Shown here piece by piece: positions 9,802 to 18,360 of a stretch of 64,000 nucleotides of DNA. A program made the translations under genes and the position numbers. This DNA comes from a virus (taxonomy: Duplodnaviria; Caudoviricetes), in IMG/VR virus record IMGVR_UViG_3300032307_000764, positions 32,001 through 96,000 of that record, one strand, 5' to 3'. Position 1 is the first letter of the stretch. Every line of letters starts with the position of its first letter. Under the pieces are notes generated by a model, which was given only the letters and a program-made list of their open reading frames with translations, was not told the origin of the DNA and ran no database searches.

Positions 9802-10637
9802 TGATTTATAAATTAGAATTCGTAAAAATAGCTCCTGAACACGGAGTTGCTGGTGTTGGATTTGCAGGTAATATCTTTATTGTAATGGGTGCTTTATCTC
9901 ATTTAAAAAATCCTGATGATGTGATGTATGTTGATATGGAAACTAATGAATGTATCTGCACAGAAAAGGATATCATATTACACGATACAATGAATTCTTG
10001 GGAGTATTATTTTGATCAGATAAAAATAAAAGAGGGTGACTCTATTATACATATGGACATTTTTCAAGGAAGAGGCGATTTAACATACCATGACCGTGAT
10101 GTATATTTAAACCCTGATAATTTTATTGAATTAAGGGATAAATTTTATAAGAATTTCCAGATTAAGGATTATATTAAAATCATAGTAAATGAATTTTATG
10201 ATAGTAACATCAGGGGAAAAAATACTTTAGGAATACAAGTTAGATTAACCGATTATACTCACGGGGTACATAATTTTCCAGGAGTAGAAAAATATGTAGA
10301 TAGGATTAAAGAAATATTAATAGATAACCCTGAAATAGAACAGATTTTTGTTGCTACTGATGACAGCAAGGTTATTCCTGTATTAGAAAAAAACTTTAAT
10401 ATCCCAATAATATTTTGGGATGGTATGTTTAGAGCGGATGATAAAAATTTACATCTTATATCTGATGATAGATTATACGGAGATAGAGAACTACATAGAT
10501 ATAAATTAGGGGTTGAATGTATGCAAGAGATATTCACACTAACTAAATGTGATCATTTATTAATGGCATGGACTTCTTCTATATCTATAGTTTCATCTAT
10601 ACTTTCAGAAAAAATCAAAAAAGTTTACAAGATATAA
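9801..10637 (+). CDS. Fucosyltransferase-like GT-B protein (NodZ/GT23/O-FucT-like)
   Basis: LGIQVRLTD, IFVATDD and EIFTLTKCDHLL...SSI motifs parallel the GDP-fucose-binding motifs of this superfamily. Confidence 0.7.
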   Translation: MIYKLEFVKIAPEHGVAGVGFAGNIFIVMGALSHLKNPDDVMYVDMETNECICTEKDIILHDTMNSWEYYFDQIKIKEGDSIIHMDIFQGRGDLTYHDRDVYLNPDNFIELRDKFYKNFQIKDYIKIIVNEFYDSNIRGKNTLGIQVRLTDYTHGVHNFPGVEKYVDRIKEILIDNPEIEQIFVATDDSKVIPVLEKNFNIPIIFWDGMFRADDKNLHLISDDRLYGDRELHRYKLGVECMQEIFTLTKCDHLLMAWTSSISIVSSILSEKIKKVYKI

Positions 10638-10652
10638 TAAATAAAAATAAAA

Positions 10653-11561
10653 ATGGAAAAAATAAATTATTTCAAAAATAAGGAGGCTTTAGATATTCCT
10701 TGGATAGAATCTCCATTTTTCTATGAATTATTAAAAAATGATACAACTCTAACTGACGAACAGAAAGAAATGTGCATTCAGTATCACGAGAAGGGATATT
10801 TAATAATTGACTTAGAATTACAGGATGATGAAATAAATTCAATTGTTTCTGATATGTACGAAGCGATAAATGACGAAAATACTAAATATCACGCAGATCA
10901 TTTTACTTATACAGAGAGCAAAAGGATATTTGAACATTGGAGAAAAAGTAAACCTATAGCTAATCTTACCATGAATAAGAAAGTAATGGATACTCTAGCT
11001 TTTTTATATGCAAAGGAGCCTTTTCCTTTTTCAACTATCAATTTTATAAAAGGAAGTAATCAGCCTTTACATAGTGATATCATACATTTCCACACAGTAC
11101 CTGCTTTATGGATGGTTGGTGTTTGGGTAGCATTTGAAGATGTTGACGAGACTAACGGATCATTAAAAATTGTTCCTGGAAGCCACAGATGGGATTTATA
11201 TGAGTATCATAATTTAAAATTACCACATCCTGATGATATCGAAAACGGAGAAGCAGTTAATTACGAAAAATACGAGAACTTCTTAATAGATCTTATCGAA
11301 GCTAAAAAAGCTGAACCAATGATAGTTAAGCTTAAAAAAGGACAGGCTCTTATATGGGCAGCTAATATGCTTCATGGCGGGTGCAATGTAGAAGGTGTAA
11401 CCGATTTCAATAAAACAAGATTAACCCAGGCAAATCATTATTTTTTTAAGGGATGTGATAAACATTATCATCCTATGTTTTCTAGACCTTTAGAAGGAAA
11501 ATATGCTAACAAATGGTGTAACGATGAAAACAACATAAAGACTTATTTAGATAATGAGTGA
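10653..11561 (+). CDS. 2-oxoglutarate/Fe(II) dioxygenase (PhyH family)
   Basis: LHSD (HxD), VWVAFEDVDETNGSL..VPGSH and LHGG distal His. Confidence 0.85.
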   Translation: MEKINYFKNKEALDIPWIESPFFYELLKNDTTLTDEQKEMCIQYHEKGYLIIDLELQDDEINSIVSDMYEAINDENTKYHADHFTYTESKRIFEHWRKSKPIANLTMNKKVMDTLAFLYAKEPFPFSTINFIKGSNQPLHSDIIHFHTVPALWMVGVWVAFEDVDETNGSLKIVPGSHRWDLYEYHNLKLPHPDDIENGEAVNYEKYENFLIDLIEAKKAEPMIVKLKKGQALIWAANMLHGGCNVEGVTDFNKTRLTQANHYFFKGCDKHYHPMFSRPLEGKYANKWCNDENNIKTYLDNE

Positions 11562-12402
11562 TATACTTTTATATCTACCACCTGGATGGGTAAGGGGGGA
11601 TTTTGTGAATCTAGGAAAAATAGAATACGAGAAGGAAGTACAAATATACGTAGATCAAATGCCAATTGACCCTGTTGGACCGGGTATTTTTAGATTTGTT
11701 GCTATATTAGAGCCATTCGATTCACTAAAAAATAGTATGATTAATTATTTTAATAATCATAAGGATTGTTATAATTATATACTTACCTATCATCATGATA
11801 TATTGGATACGTTTCCAAATTCCTTTATTTCAGTAACGCCTGATTTATGGGTGAATGATTATATCGAAAAAGATAAAGAATTTAGTGTGTCCTCAGTTTT
11901 TGGTAATAAACATTTGTCTGAATATTTAGCGGGATTGGAAGGATATAATGTAAGATGGGAATTATTTACCAGAAGTGATGAGATAAAGATGGATAAGAGG
12001 TTTTATCTAAGTGGAAGTTCTCCTATTCCTGGTATTAATTACGAAGATCATTTAGTTCTTAGGGATCTTAAAACACCTATGTTTGATAGCCAGTTTCATA
12101 TTGCCATAGAAAACACCAATAGGATAAAGAATGCTTTTTCTGAGAAATTAATAGATTGTTTTTATACCAGGACTATACCAATATATTACGGACCTTCTAA
12201 CATTGGAGATTTTTTTAATATAGAGGGAATATTCATAGTTAATAGTGTCGATGATATTATTGATGTTTGTAATAGAATAAATGAAAATACATATGATTCA
12301 TTAGAATCTGTTATAGAAGAGAATTATAATAGATCTTTAAACTATAAGAATATGGAGGAGACAATGGTTATAAATGTTAAAAAAGTACTTGGAATAAAAT
12401 AA
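11554..12402 (+). CDS. GT10-like (alpha-1,3-fucosyltransferase-like) protein
   Basis: FHIAIEN...FSEKLIDCF...TIPIYYG matches the GT10 C-terminal motif. Confidence 0.75.
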   Translation: MSDILLYLPPGWVRGDFVNLGKIEYEKEVQIYVDQMPIDPVGPGIFRFVAILEPFDSLKNSMINYFNNHKDCYNYILTYHHDILDTFPNSFISVTPDLWVNDYIEKDKEFSVSSVFGNKHLSEYLAGLEGYNVRWELFTRSDEIKMDKRFYLSGSSPIPGINYEDHLVLRDLKTPMFDSQFHIAIENTNRIKNAFSEKLIDCFYTRTIPIYYGPSNIGDFFNIEGIFIVNSVDDIIDVCNRINENTYDSLESVIEENYNRSLNYKNMEETMVINVKKVLGIK

Positions 12403-12407
12403 AAAAT

Positions 12408-13109
12408 ATGAAATTTAAAACCATACATAGTTTAGGTAGTAGATGTCAGAATTCTGATGTTTTAAAGTATTATAATTATAGGGAATTCTCTGGATTTTTT
12501 GATTTTATGAACACCCTGAAGGTAAGTAATCTTATTCATATACTAAATGATGATTTTTGTGAAATTCTAAAACCCGAAAATAATATTAGCATTTGTTGTG
12601 AACAGATGACTACTGACCCAGAGACTGGAGAAAAATTAGAAACTTCAATTAGAACCACTAATAAATTTTATGACCCAGATATTGAGGATGTCCATGGAGC
12701 TATATTTCCACACCACGACCTAAATAATAAGAAGGATTATAATCATTTTTTAAAGTGTAAGAAGAGATTTAAAAAACTAAGTAAATATCCTACACTTTTT
12801 AATTACACTTTTAATAAATGGGAAAATTACATAACTATAGATGACTGCGAAGAGATAGTTAGATCCTTAAAAGAAGTCCACGGAATGAAAAAATTCAGGA
12901 TTTGCTTTATAGGAATCAATTACGGTGAAAGATTCTATAAAAAAAATGTATCGGGAGAATACTATGATATATGGTCTTTAAATATAGATCCAGAGAGCTT
13001 TACTGGGGGTTTATTTATTGATGATATAGATAATGAAAATTATATAAGTATCATCAAAAGCTATGACATAGATGAGAATAGGGTATCTTTAAAACAAATT
13101 GACAAATAA
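12408..13109 (+). CDS. Putative papain-like cysteine peptidase (DUF1796-like)
   Basis: SLGSRCQ putative catalytic Cys, GFFDF and FPHH motifs. Confidence 0.55.
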   Translation: MKFKTIHSLGSRCQNSDVLKYYNYREFSGFFDFMNTLKVSNLIHILNDDFCEILKPENNISICCEQMTTDPETGEKLETSIRTTNKFYDPDIEDVHGAIFPHHDLNNKKDYNHFLKCKKRFKKLSKYPTLFNYTFNKWENYITIDDCEEIVRSLKEVHGMKKFRICFIGINYGERFYKKNVSGEYYDIWSLNIDPESFTGGLFIDDIDNENYISIIKSYDIDENRVSLKQIDK

Positions 13110-13118
13110 AGAATAATT

Positions 13119-13727
13119 ATGAGCTTTGAAATAGTTGATAAATTCGAAAAAGAGGTAGCCAAATTTTTTGGAGCGCCTTATAGTGTTGCAGTAGACAGCT
13201 GTACACATGGTATAGAACTATGCCTAAGATATACAGGAGAGAAAAAAATAAACGTACCAAACCGAACATATCTGTCCGTTCCGTTTTTAGCAGAAAAAAT
13301 GGGACTTGAAAGGGAATGGAGAGATGAAGAATGGGAAGATTATTATACTTTAAATTATGGTGATAAAAGAATAATAGACGCTGCTGTTTTATGGAGAAGA
13401 GATTCTTATATTCCTAATACATTTATGTGTTTAAGCTTCCAATACCAGAAACATTTAAGTATCGGAAGGGGTGGAATGATCCTATGTGATAACAAGGAAG
13501 ATTACGAAACTCTTAAAAAAATGAGCTATGATGGTAGGATTCCTAATATACCTTGGAGAGATCAGGATATTGATACGATAGGTTACCACTATTATATGAC
13601 TCCAGAGTCGGCTGAAATTGGCCTATCTAAATTACAAAAAGCAATAGAAACGGAGCCAAGAAAATGGATCTATACAGATTGGCCGGATTTGACTGAAATG
13701 AAATTTTTCAAAAAATCCAAGATATAA
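13119..13727 (+). CDS. Compact DegT/DnrJ/EryC1/StrS PLP-dependent aminotransferase
   Basis: FEKEVAKFFGAPYSVAVDSCTHGI, IDAA, SFQYQK (PLP lysine), GRGGMI and GYHYYM motifs; only 202 aa. Confidence 0.8.
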   Translation: MSFEIVDKFEKEVAKFFGAPYSVAVDSCTHGIELCLRYTGEKKINVPNRTYLSVPFLAEKMGLEREWRDEEWEDYYTLNYGDKRIIDAAVLWRRDSYIPNTFMCLSFQYQKHLSIGRGGMILCDNKEDYETLKKMSYDGRIPNIPWRDQDIDTIGYHYYMTPESAEIGLSKLQKAIETEPRKWIYTDWPDLTEMKFFKKSKI

Positions 13728-13730
13728 AAT

Positions 13731-13758
13731 AAAAATAGTGCTGTATAGCGATATTTTT
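13731..13758 (+). terminator. Possible weak hairpin or terminator between degT and gmd
   Basis: aaaaata-gtgct-gtat-agcga-tattttt forms an imperfect stem with a T-run; mostly A/T pairs. Confidence 0.2.
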
Positions 13759-13773
13759 TAAATAAGAAAATTA

Positions 13774-14769
13774 ATGAGAAAAAAAGCTTTTATTACTGGT
13801 ATTAACGGACAGGATGGTAGTTATTTGTCCGAATATCTTTTATCGTTAGACTATGAAGTACATGGAATGATTAGAAGAAATTCTACCTCTGAAAACCAAT
13901 CTGCTAGATTAGATTCAGTTTTAGAAGATCCTAATCTTTTTACGCATTACGGGGATCTTACAGATCAAACTTCTATAGAAAAGCTTTTAACTCAGATCAA
14001 ACCTGACGAAATCTATAACATAGGAGCTCAAAGCCATGTCAGAATTAGCTTCGATATACCTCAATATACTGTACAAACAAACTCTATAGGAGTTATTAAT
14101 ATGTTGGAAGCATATAAAAGAATAGTCCCTGATGCTAAATTTTACCAAGCTAGTTCATCTGAAATGTTTGGTTTATCTGTTGATGAGGATCATTTCCAGA
14201 GAGAATCAACCCCTATGAATCCGGTTTCACCTTATGGATGTAGTAAGGTGTTCGGCTACAATATAGTTAGGCACTATAGAAGAGCATACGGATTACACGC
14301 ATGTAACGGTATTCTTTTCAACCACGAATCTCCTAGAAGAGGATCTAACTTCGTAACCAATAAAGTCGTAAAAGGCGCTTGTGAAATTAAATTAGGATTA
14401 TCCAATAAGTTGGAAATGGGTAACATGGATTCTTATAGAGACTGGGGTCATTCTAAAGATTATGTAAAGGCTATGCACCAGATAATCAATCACACAGTTG
14501 CTGACGATTTTGTTGTATCTACAATGGAAACCCATAGTGTTAGAGATATGTGTGATGTGGTATTTACTTATCTAGGATTGGATTACAAAGATTATATTGT
14601 ACAGAATCCTAAATTCTTAAGACCTGAAGAACTTCCTTATTTAAAGGGTGACTCTACTAAAATTCGTAAAGAATTAGGATGGGAACCGACTTATAATTTT
14701 ACTGAGATGCTTCATGAAATGTGTGATCATTGGATGGACGTTTTACAAGGGAAAAAATCAAATCGTTAA
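13774..14769 (+). CDS. gmd: GDP-mannose 4,6-dehydratase
   Basis: ITGINGQDGSYL, AQSHVRISF, YQASSSEMFG, PVSPYGCSK, NHESPRRG and RDWGH motifs. Confidence 0.97.
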   Translation: MRKKAFITGINGQDGSYLSEYLLSLDYEVHGMIRRNSTSENQSARLDSVLEDPNLFTHYGDLTDQTSIEKLLTQIKPDEIYNIGAQSHVRISFDIPQYTVQTNSIGVINMLEAYKRIVPDAKFYQASSSEMFGLSVDEDHFQRESTPMNPVSPYGCSKVFGYNIVRHYRRAYGLHACNGILFNHESPRRGSNFVTNKVVKGACEIKLGLSNKLEMGNMDSYRDWGHSKDYVKAMHQIINHTVADDFVVSTMETHSVRDMCDVVFTYLGLDYKDYIVQNPKFLRPEELPYLKGDSTKIRKELGWEPTYNFTEMLHEMCDHWMDVLQGKKSNR

Positions 14770-14788
14770 ACCTTTTAAAAAAGTATGA

Positions 14789-15370
14789 ATGGATTATAAA
14801 TCGCTCATCGAAAAAGAGATAGAATATTTAAGAAAAATCCCTACAGAAAGAATATCTGATATCGTTACTCAGATAGATTATTATTTAAAACCAGGATGTA
14901 GAATAATAACATCAGGGATGGGAAAAGCAGGACAGATTGCCCACACTTTTTCTACTACTCTATCATCTACAGGAACTCCCTCTTTTTTTCTTCATCCAGC
15001 CGAAGCACAACACGGAGATCTTGGTATAGTAATGCCTGGTGATATTATAGTGGTTTTTAGTAATTCTGGAAAGACTAAAGAGGTAATGGAGCTGATTGAT
15101 CTGGTTCATAATTTAGGCTATGATAACTTAATAATGGGTATATTTGGACAATCTAATAACTATGTCAATTTAAAATGTTCAGACTATATAGAATTTGGTA
15201 AGGTGGAAGAAATATGTCCAATGGGATTAACACCAACAACGTCAACAACATGTATGTCGGTTATATCCGATTTATTAGTTGTAGGCCTAATGGAAAAAAG
15301 GGGTTATAACAAGAAAAAATATTCAAAAGTTCATCATGGAGGATATCTCGGAGAAGAATCTAAGAAATAA
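14789..15370 (+). CDS. kdsD: Arabinose-5-phosphate isomerase, SIS domain only (no CBS pair)
   Basis: SGMGKAG, GTPSFFLHPAEAQHGDLG, SNSGKT, PTTSTT and HHGGYLG motifs; the protein ends right after the SIS domain. Confidence 0.9.
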   Translation: MDYKSLIEKEIEYLRKIPTERISDIVTQIDYYLKPGCRIITSGMGKAGQIAHTFSTTLSSTGTPSFFLHPAEAQHGDLGIVMPGDIIVVFSNSGKTKEVMELIDLVHNLGYDNLIMGIFGQSNNYVNLKCSDYIEFGKVEEICPMGLTPTTSTTCMSVISDLLVVGLMEKRGYNKKKYSKVHHGGYLGEESKK

Positions 15371-16139
15371 AATATTAATAGCTGGACCCTGTGTCATACA
15401 ATCTTGGGATACGTGCTATGAAATTGCTATAGAAGTTAAGAGATGTGCAGATCTTTATGATTTCTATCCGGTATTTAAAGCTAGTTTCGATAAGGCAAAT
15501 AGAACGTCGTATGACGGCTTTAGAGGTATAGGTATAGATAAAGGATTAGAAATACTTAAAAATGTAAAAGAAAGGCTTCAAATCGATATAATTACTGATG
15601 TACATGACGTTTCGCAAGTTGAGAAAGTAGCTTCAGTAGTCGATATTTTACAGGTACCAGCTTTTCTTTGTAGACAAACTGATCTTATAGAAGCTTGTGC
15701 TAGAACAGGAAACCCCACTTTGGTTAAGAAGGGACAATTTCTTTCACCAGAAGCATGTAAATTCATAGAGCATAAATTCTACAAAGCTGGAGGATCTAAT
15801 TTAATGATAGGAGAAAGGGGAAATAGCTTCGGATATAATGATCTAATAGTTGATGTAACTTCAATAAGTAGACTAAAAAAATCGTGTGTAGAATCTAAAA
15901 TAATAATGGATTGCACTCATAGTTTACAAAGGCCCAACGGATCAAGCGGTAAGACTGAAGGAAGGGGAGATATGGTAGAGGATATGGTTAAATTCGCTGC
16001 AGCTATGGGAGCGGATGGATTATTTATTGAAACCCATCCTTATCCTGAATTATCACCATCAGATTCGGAGAATATGTTACAATTAGGATTATTTGAGGGA
16101 GTAATAAGAAAAGCAAGAAAAATATATGATACAGAATAA
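15336..16139 (+). CDS. kdsA: KDO-8-phosphate synthase (metal-dependent type)
   Basis: IAGPCVI, KASFDKANRTS, PAFLCRQTDL, KKGQFLSP, ERGNSFGYNDL, DCTHSLQ and FIETHP...SD motifs. Confidence 0.95.
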   Translation: MEDISEKNLRNKILIAGPCVIQSWDTCYEIAIEVKRCADLYDFYPVFKASFDKANRTSYDGFRGIGIDKGLEILKNVKERLQIDIITDVHDVSQVEKVASVVDILQVPAFLCRQTDLIEACARTGNPTLVKKGQFLSPEACKFIEHKFYKAGGSNLMIGERGNSFGYNDLIVDVTSISRLKKSCVESKIIMDCTHSLQRPNGSSGKTEGRGDMVEDMVKFAAAMGADGLFIETHPYPELSPSDSENMLQLGLFEGVIRKARKIYDTE

Positions 16140-16845
16140 ATTACTTGATATTGTAATAATAAGTTATGCTAAGGATGACTATTGTAGATCCCTTACTAAA
16201 AATTGTATATTCTCTATATTACTATCTGAAGAAAATGCAGTTGATAATTTCAATATTATAGTAGTTGAATCTGAGCCAGGAGTTAAATGGGAATACATTG
16301 CTGAAAATGTAAAAACATACGAAGCTCCGCTACCTTATGGATATCACAAATTTTTAAATTTCGGAAGAAAAAAAGGAGATTCACCATGGGTTGCTCTATG
16401 TAACAATGACCTAGAATTCACCAATGGGTGGTTTAGTTCTATGCTTAAAGCTTCATCTGAAAATCCAGATACCTTATCATTTTCTCCAATATGTCCTAGG
16501 ACACAGACAATGTATGGGATATACGAGAACAGTGGGTACCACAAGGGATACAATATAAGAAAGGAAATTTCTGGATGGTGTATAGTCCAGAAGAGAGAGA
16601 TTTATAAAAAAATAGGAGATCTTGATGAAAGATTCCATCATTGGTTTTGTGATAATGATTATGCTATGGAACTTCAGTATCATGGACTTTCACATATACT
16701 TGTAACAGATTCTGTTGTTATACACCACGATAAAAACATAGGGAAAACAACTGAAAGAGTAGTTACTGATCCTAATCAAATGCACGAGATGACTATGGGA
16801 TCACAGCCAATATTTATTGAAAAATGGAAAAATAGAATAAGATGA
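16126..16845 (+). CDS. Glycosyltransferase family 2
   Basis: LDIVIISY, NIIVVES, CNNDL, SGWC and DERFHHWFCDNDY motifs. Confidence 0.85.
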   Translation: MIQNKLLDIVIISYAKDDYCRSLTKNCIFSILLSEENAVDNFNIIVVESEPGVKWEYIAENVKTYEAPLPYGYHKFLNFGRKKGDSPWVALCNNDLEFTNGWFSSMLKASSENPDTLSFSPICPRTQTMYGIYENSGYHKGYNIRKEISGWCIVQKREIYKKIGDLDERFHHWFCDNDYAMELQYHGLSHILVTDSVVIHHDKNIGKTTERVVTDPNQMHEMTMGSQPIFIEKWKNRIR

Positions 16846-17468
16846 GAAGATACGAAATAATTAACAGAGTAATAGAGTCTAAAGGATACAGTGATTATCT
16901 TGAAATAGGAGTAAGAGATGGCGAATGCTTTAAACAGATATGTTGCAAAAATAAAACGGGAGTAGATCCTAATCCAGTTAGTTCTGATACTACTCACGTA
17001 ATGACATCTGATGATTTCTTTAACTCTATTAGCGAGGATGTTAAATTCGATATAATTTTTATTGACGGATTACATTTGGATTTTCAAGTTGATGCTGATA
17101 TAGAGAATTCTTTAAAACATCTTAAAGAGGGTGGAACTATACTTCTTCACGACTGTAATCCCCCTACACCTTTTCATGCTGATACTAAGCCTAATTTTGG
17201 TCCTCCGGCCAACGGAGAATGGAATGGAACCGTTTATCTTTCGTTGATTAAGCTAAGACTTTACAATAATAATGTTAAACTAAGGACTGTCAATAGCGAC
17301 TGGGGTGTTGGTATATTAACCAAAGAGCTTAGTGAAAGTATAAACGTTTTTCCAAACGATGCAATTAGCTGGGATTTCTTTGATTCGAATAGGAATGAGG
17401 TACTTGATTTAATTACCCCTGAAGATTTCTTAGAATTATACCCGGTGGAAGTTTTAAATGCTAATTGA
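16842..17468 (+). CDS. Class I SAM-dependent methyltransferase (Methyltransf_24-like)
   Basis: YLEIGVRDG, FDIIFIDGLH and GGTILLHDCNP motifs; last gene of the glycan operon. Confidence 0.85.
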   Translation: MRRYEIINRVIESKGYSDYLEIGVRDGECFKQICCKNKTGVDPNPVSSDTTHVMTSDDFFNSISEDVKFDIIFIDGLHLDFQVDADIENSLKHLKEGGTILLHDCNPPTPFHADTKPNFGPPANGEWNGTVYLSLIKLRLYNNNVKLRTVNSDWGVGILTKELSESINVFPNDAISWDFFDSNRNEVLDLITPEDFLELYPVEVLNAN

Positions 17469-17501
17469 AATTATTCCATTTAAAAGACTATAAATTGTAC
17501 C

Positions 17502-17762
17502 ATGGATATTTCTTCAGGATTTAAGCTGGTTTTAAATAAAAGCAAAGGTAAGTCATCTGTAGAGATATCTAGGCATAAAGATCCAGTAATGGATAACATA
17601 TTGATTGTTAATAGCATAGGAAGTACAAGATACGAGGATACATGGATTATAGAAAAAGATTTACCTTCTTGGCTTTCTTCGTTAAAAAATGAGGGATTTA
17701 CTGAAATAAAAATTACAGAAGATGTGGAATCTCCTAAAAAAAATAATAAGAAAAAAAAGTAA
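17502..17762 (+). CDS. Hypothetical protein
   Basis: 86-aa ORF with a Lys-rich tail, abutting the next ATG at 17764; TATAAAT at 17489-17495 upstream. Confidence 0.6.
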   Translation: MDISSGFKLVLNKSKGKSSVEISRHKDPVMDNILIVNSIGSTRYEDTWIIEKDLPSWLSSLKNEGFTEIKITEDVESPKKNNKKKK

Positions 17763-17763
17763 G

Positions 17764-18360
17764 ATGGAAAACGTAGAAGAAATCGACATTGAGTTACTCG
17801 ATAAGGAATTATCACCGTTCCTATATAAATGGACTAAGGGAGATAACGACGGTCAAGTCTGCGAGTATGAGAATTTATTTAGAGATGCCACTAGTGGGAT
17901 CGTGTGGATAAATTTTAAAGACGGGTCAAGAATAAATTATGATCTAATGAATGATTATATGATGCAAGTAGACCCTTCTTCTATAGTTAACCAGGATCAG
18001 TTAAGCTTACCTTCTGATAATACATTACAATCTTCTCCTATCAGAAATGTGATGGTTTCCGATAATCAGCCAAAAAATAAGATAGTCGATAATCCTATAG
18101 TTTCACTTTTACAAAAACAGAAGCCAAATTGGGTTGAAGTGAGTATAAATTTAAAATTGAACCTTCCGACAAAAAATCTTTATAATGTTTTATCCTCTTC
18201 TTTTGATGACGCCGAAGACGAAATAATTGAATTTGTAGTTAGAGATCTAGACATAGAAGTAATTAAGGATAGTTTGAGGATAAATATAAAAGATATATAT
18301 AAAGGAAATGGAGCTCAACGAAAAAGCGGAACAAGCAGTAATACAAAAGACCAAGAATAG
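17764..18360 (+). CDS. Hypothetical phage protein (start revised from GTG 17722 to ATG 17764)
   Basis: The ATG at 17764 lies 1 nt after the upstream stop and is in frame with the track ORF; 198 aa. Confidence 0.7.
   Translation: MENVEEIDIELLDKELSPFLYKWTKGDNDGQVCEYENLFRDATSGIVWINFKDGSRINYDLMNDYMMQVDPSSIVNQDQLSLPSDNTLQSSPIRNVMVSDNQPKNKIVDNPIVSLLQKQKPNWVEVSINLKLNLPTKNLYNVLSSSFDDAEDEIIEFVVRDLDIEVIKDSLRINIKDIYKGNGAQRKSGTSSNTKDQE
18292..18299 (+). promoter_or_regulatory. Putative late promoter GATATATA inside the upstream CDS
   Basis: Exact octamer 8 nt before the Nudix ATG at 18308. Confidence 0.4.

Noticed and set aside
1884-17468. Ordinary bacterial O-antigen or capsule locus
   Set aside because: There are no wzx, wzy, wzz, ABC transporter or initiating transferase genes, and the flanks on both sides are phage-like and use the same leader style.
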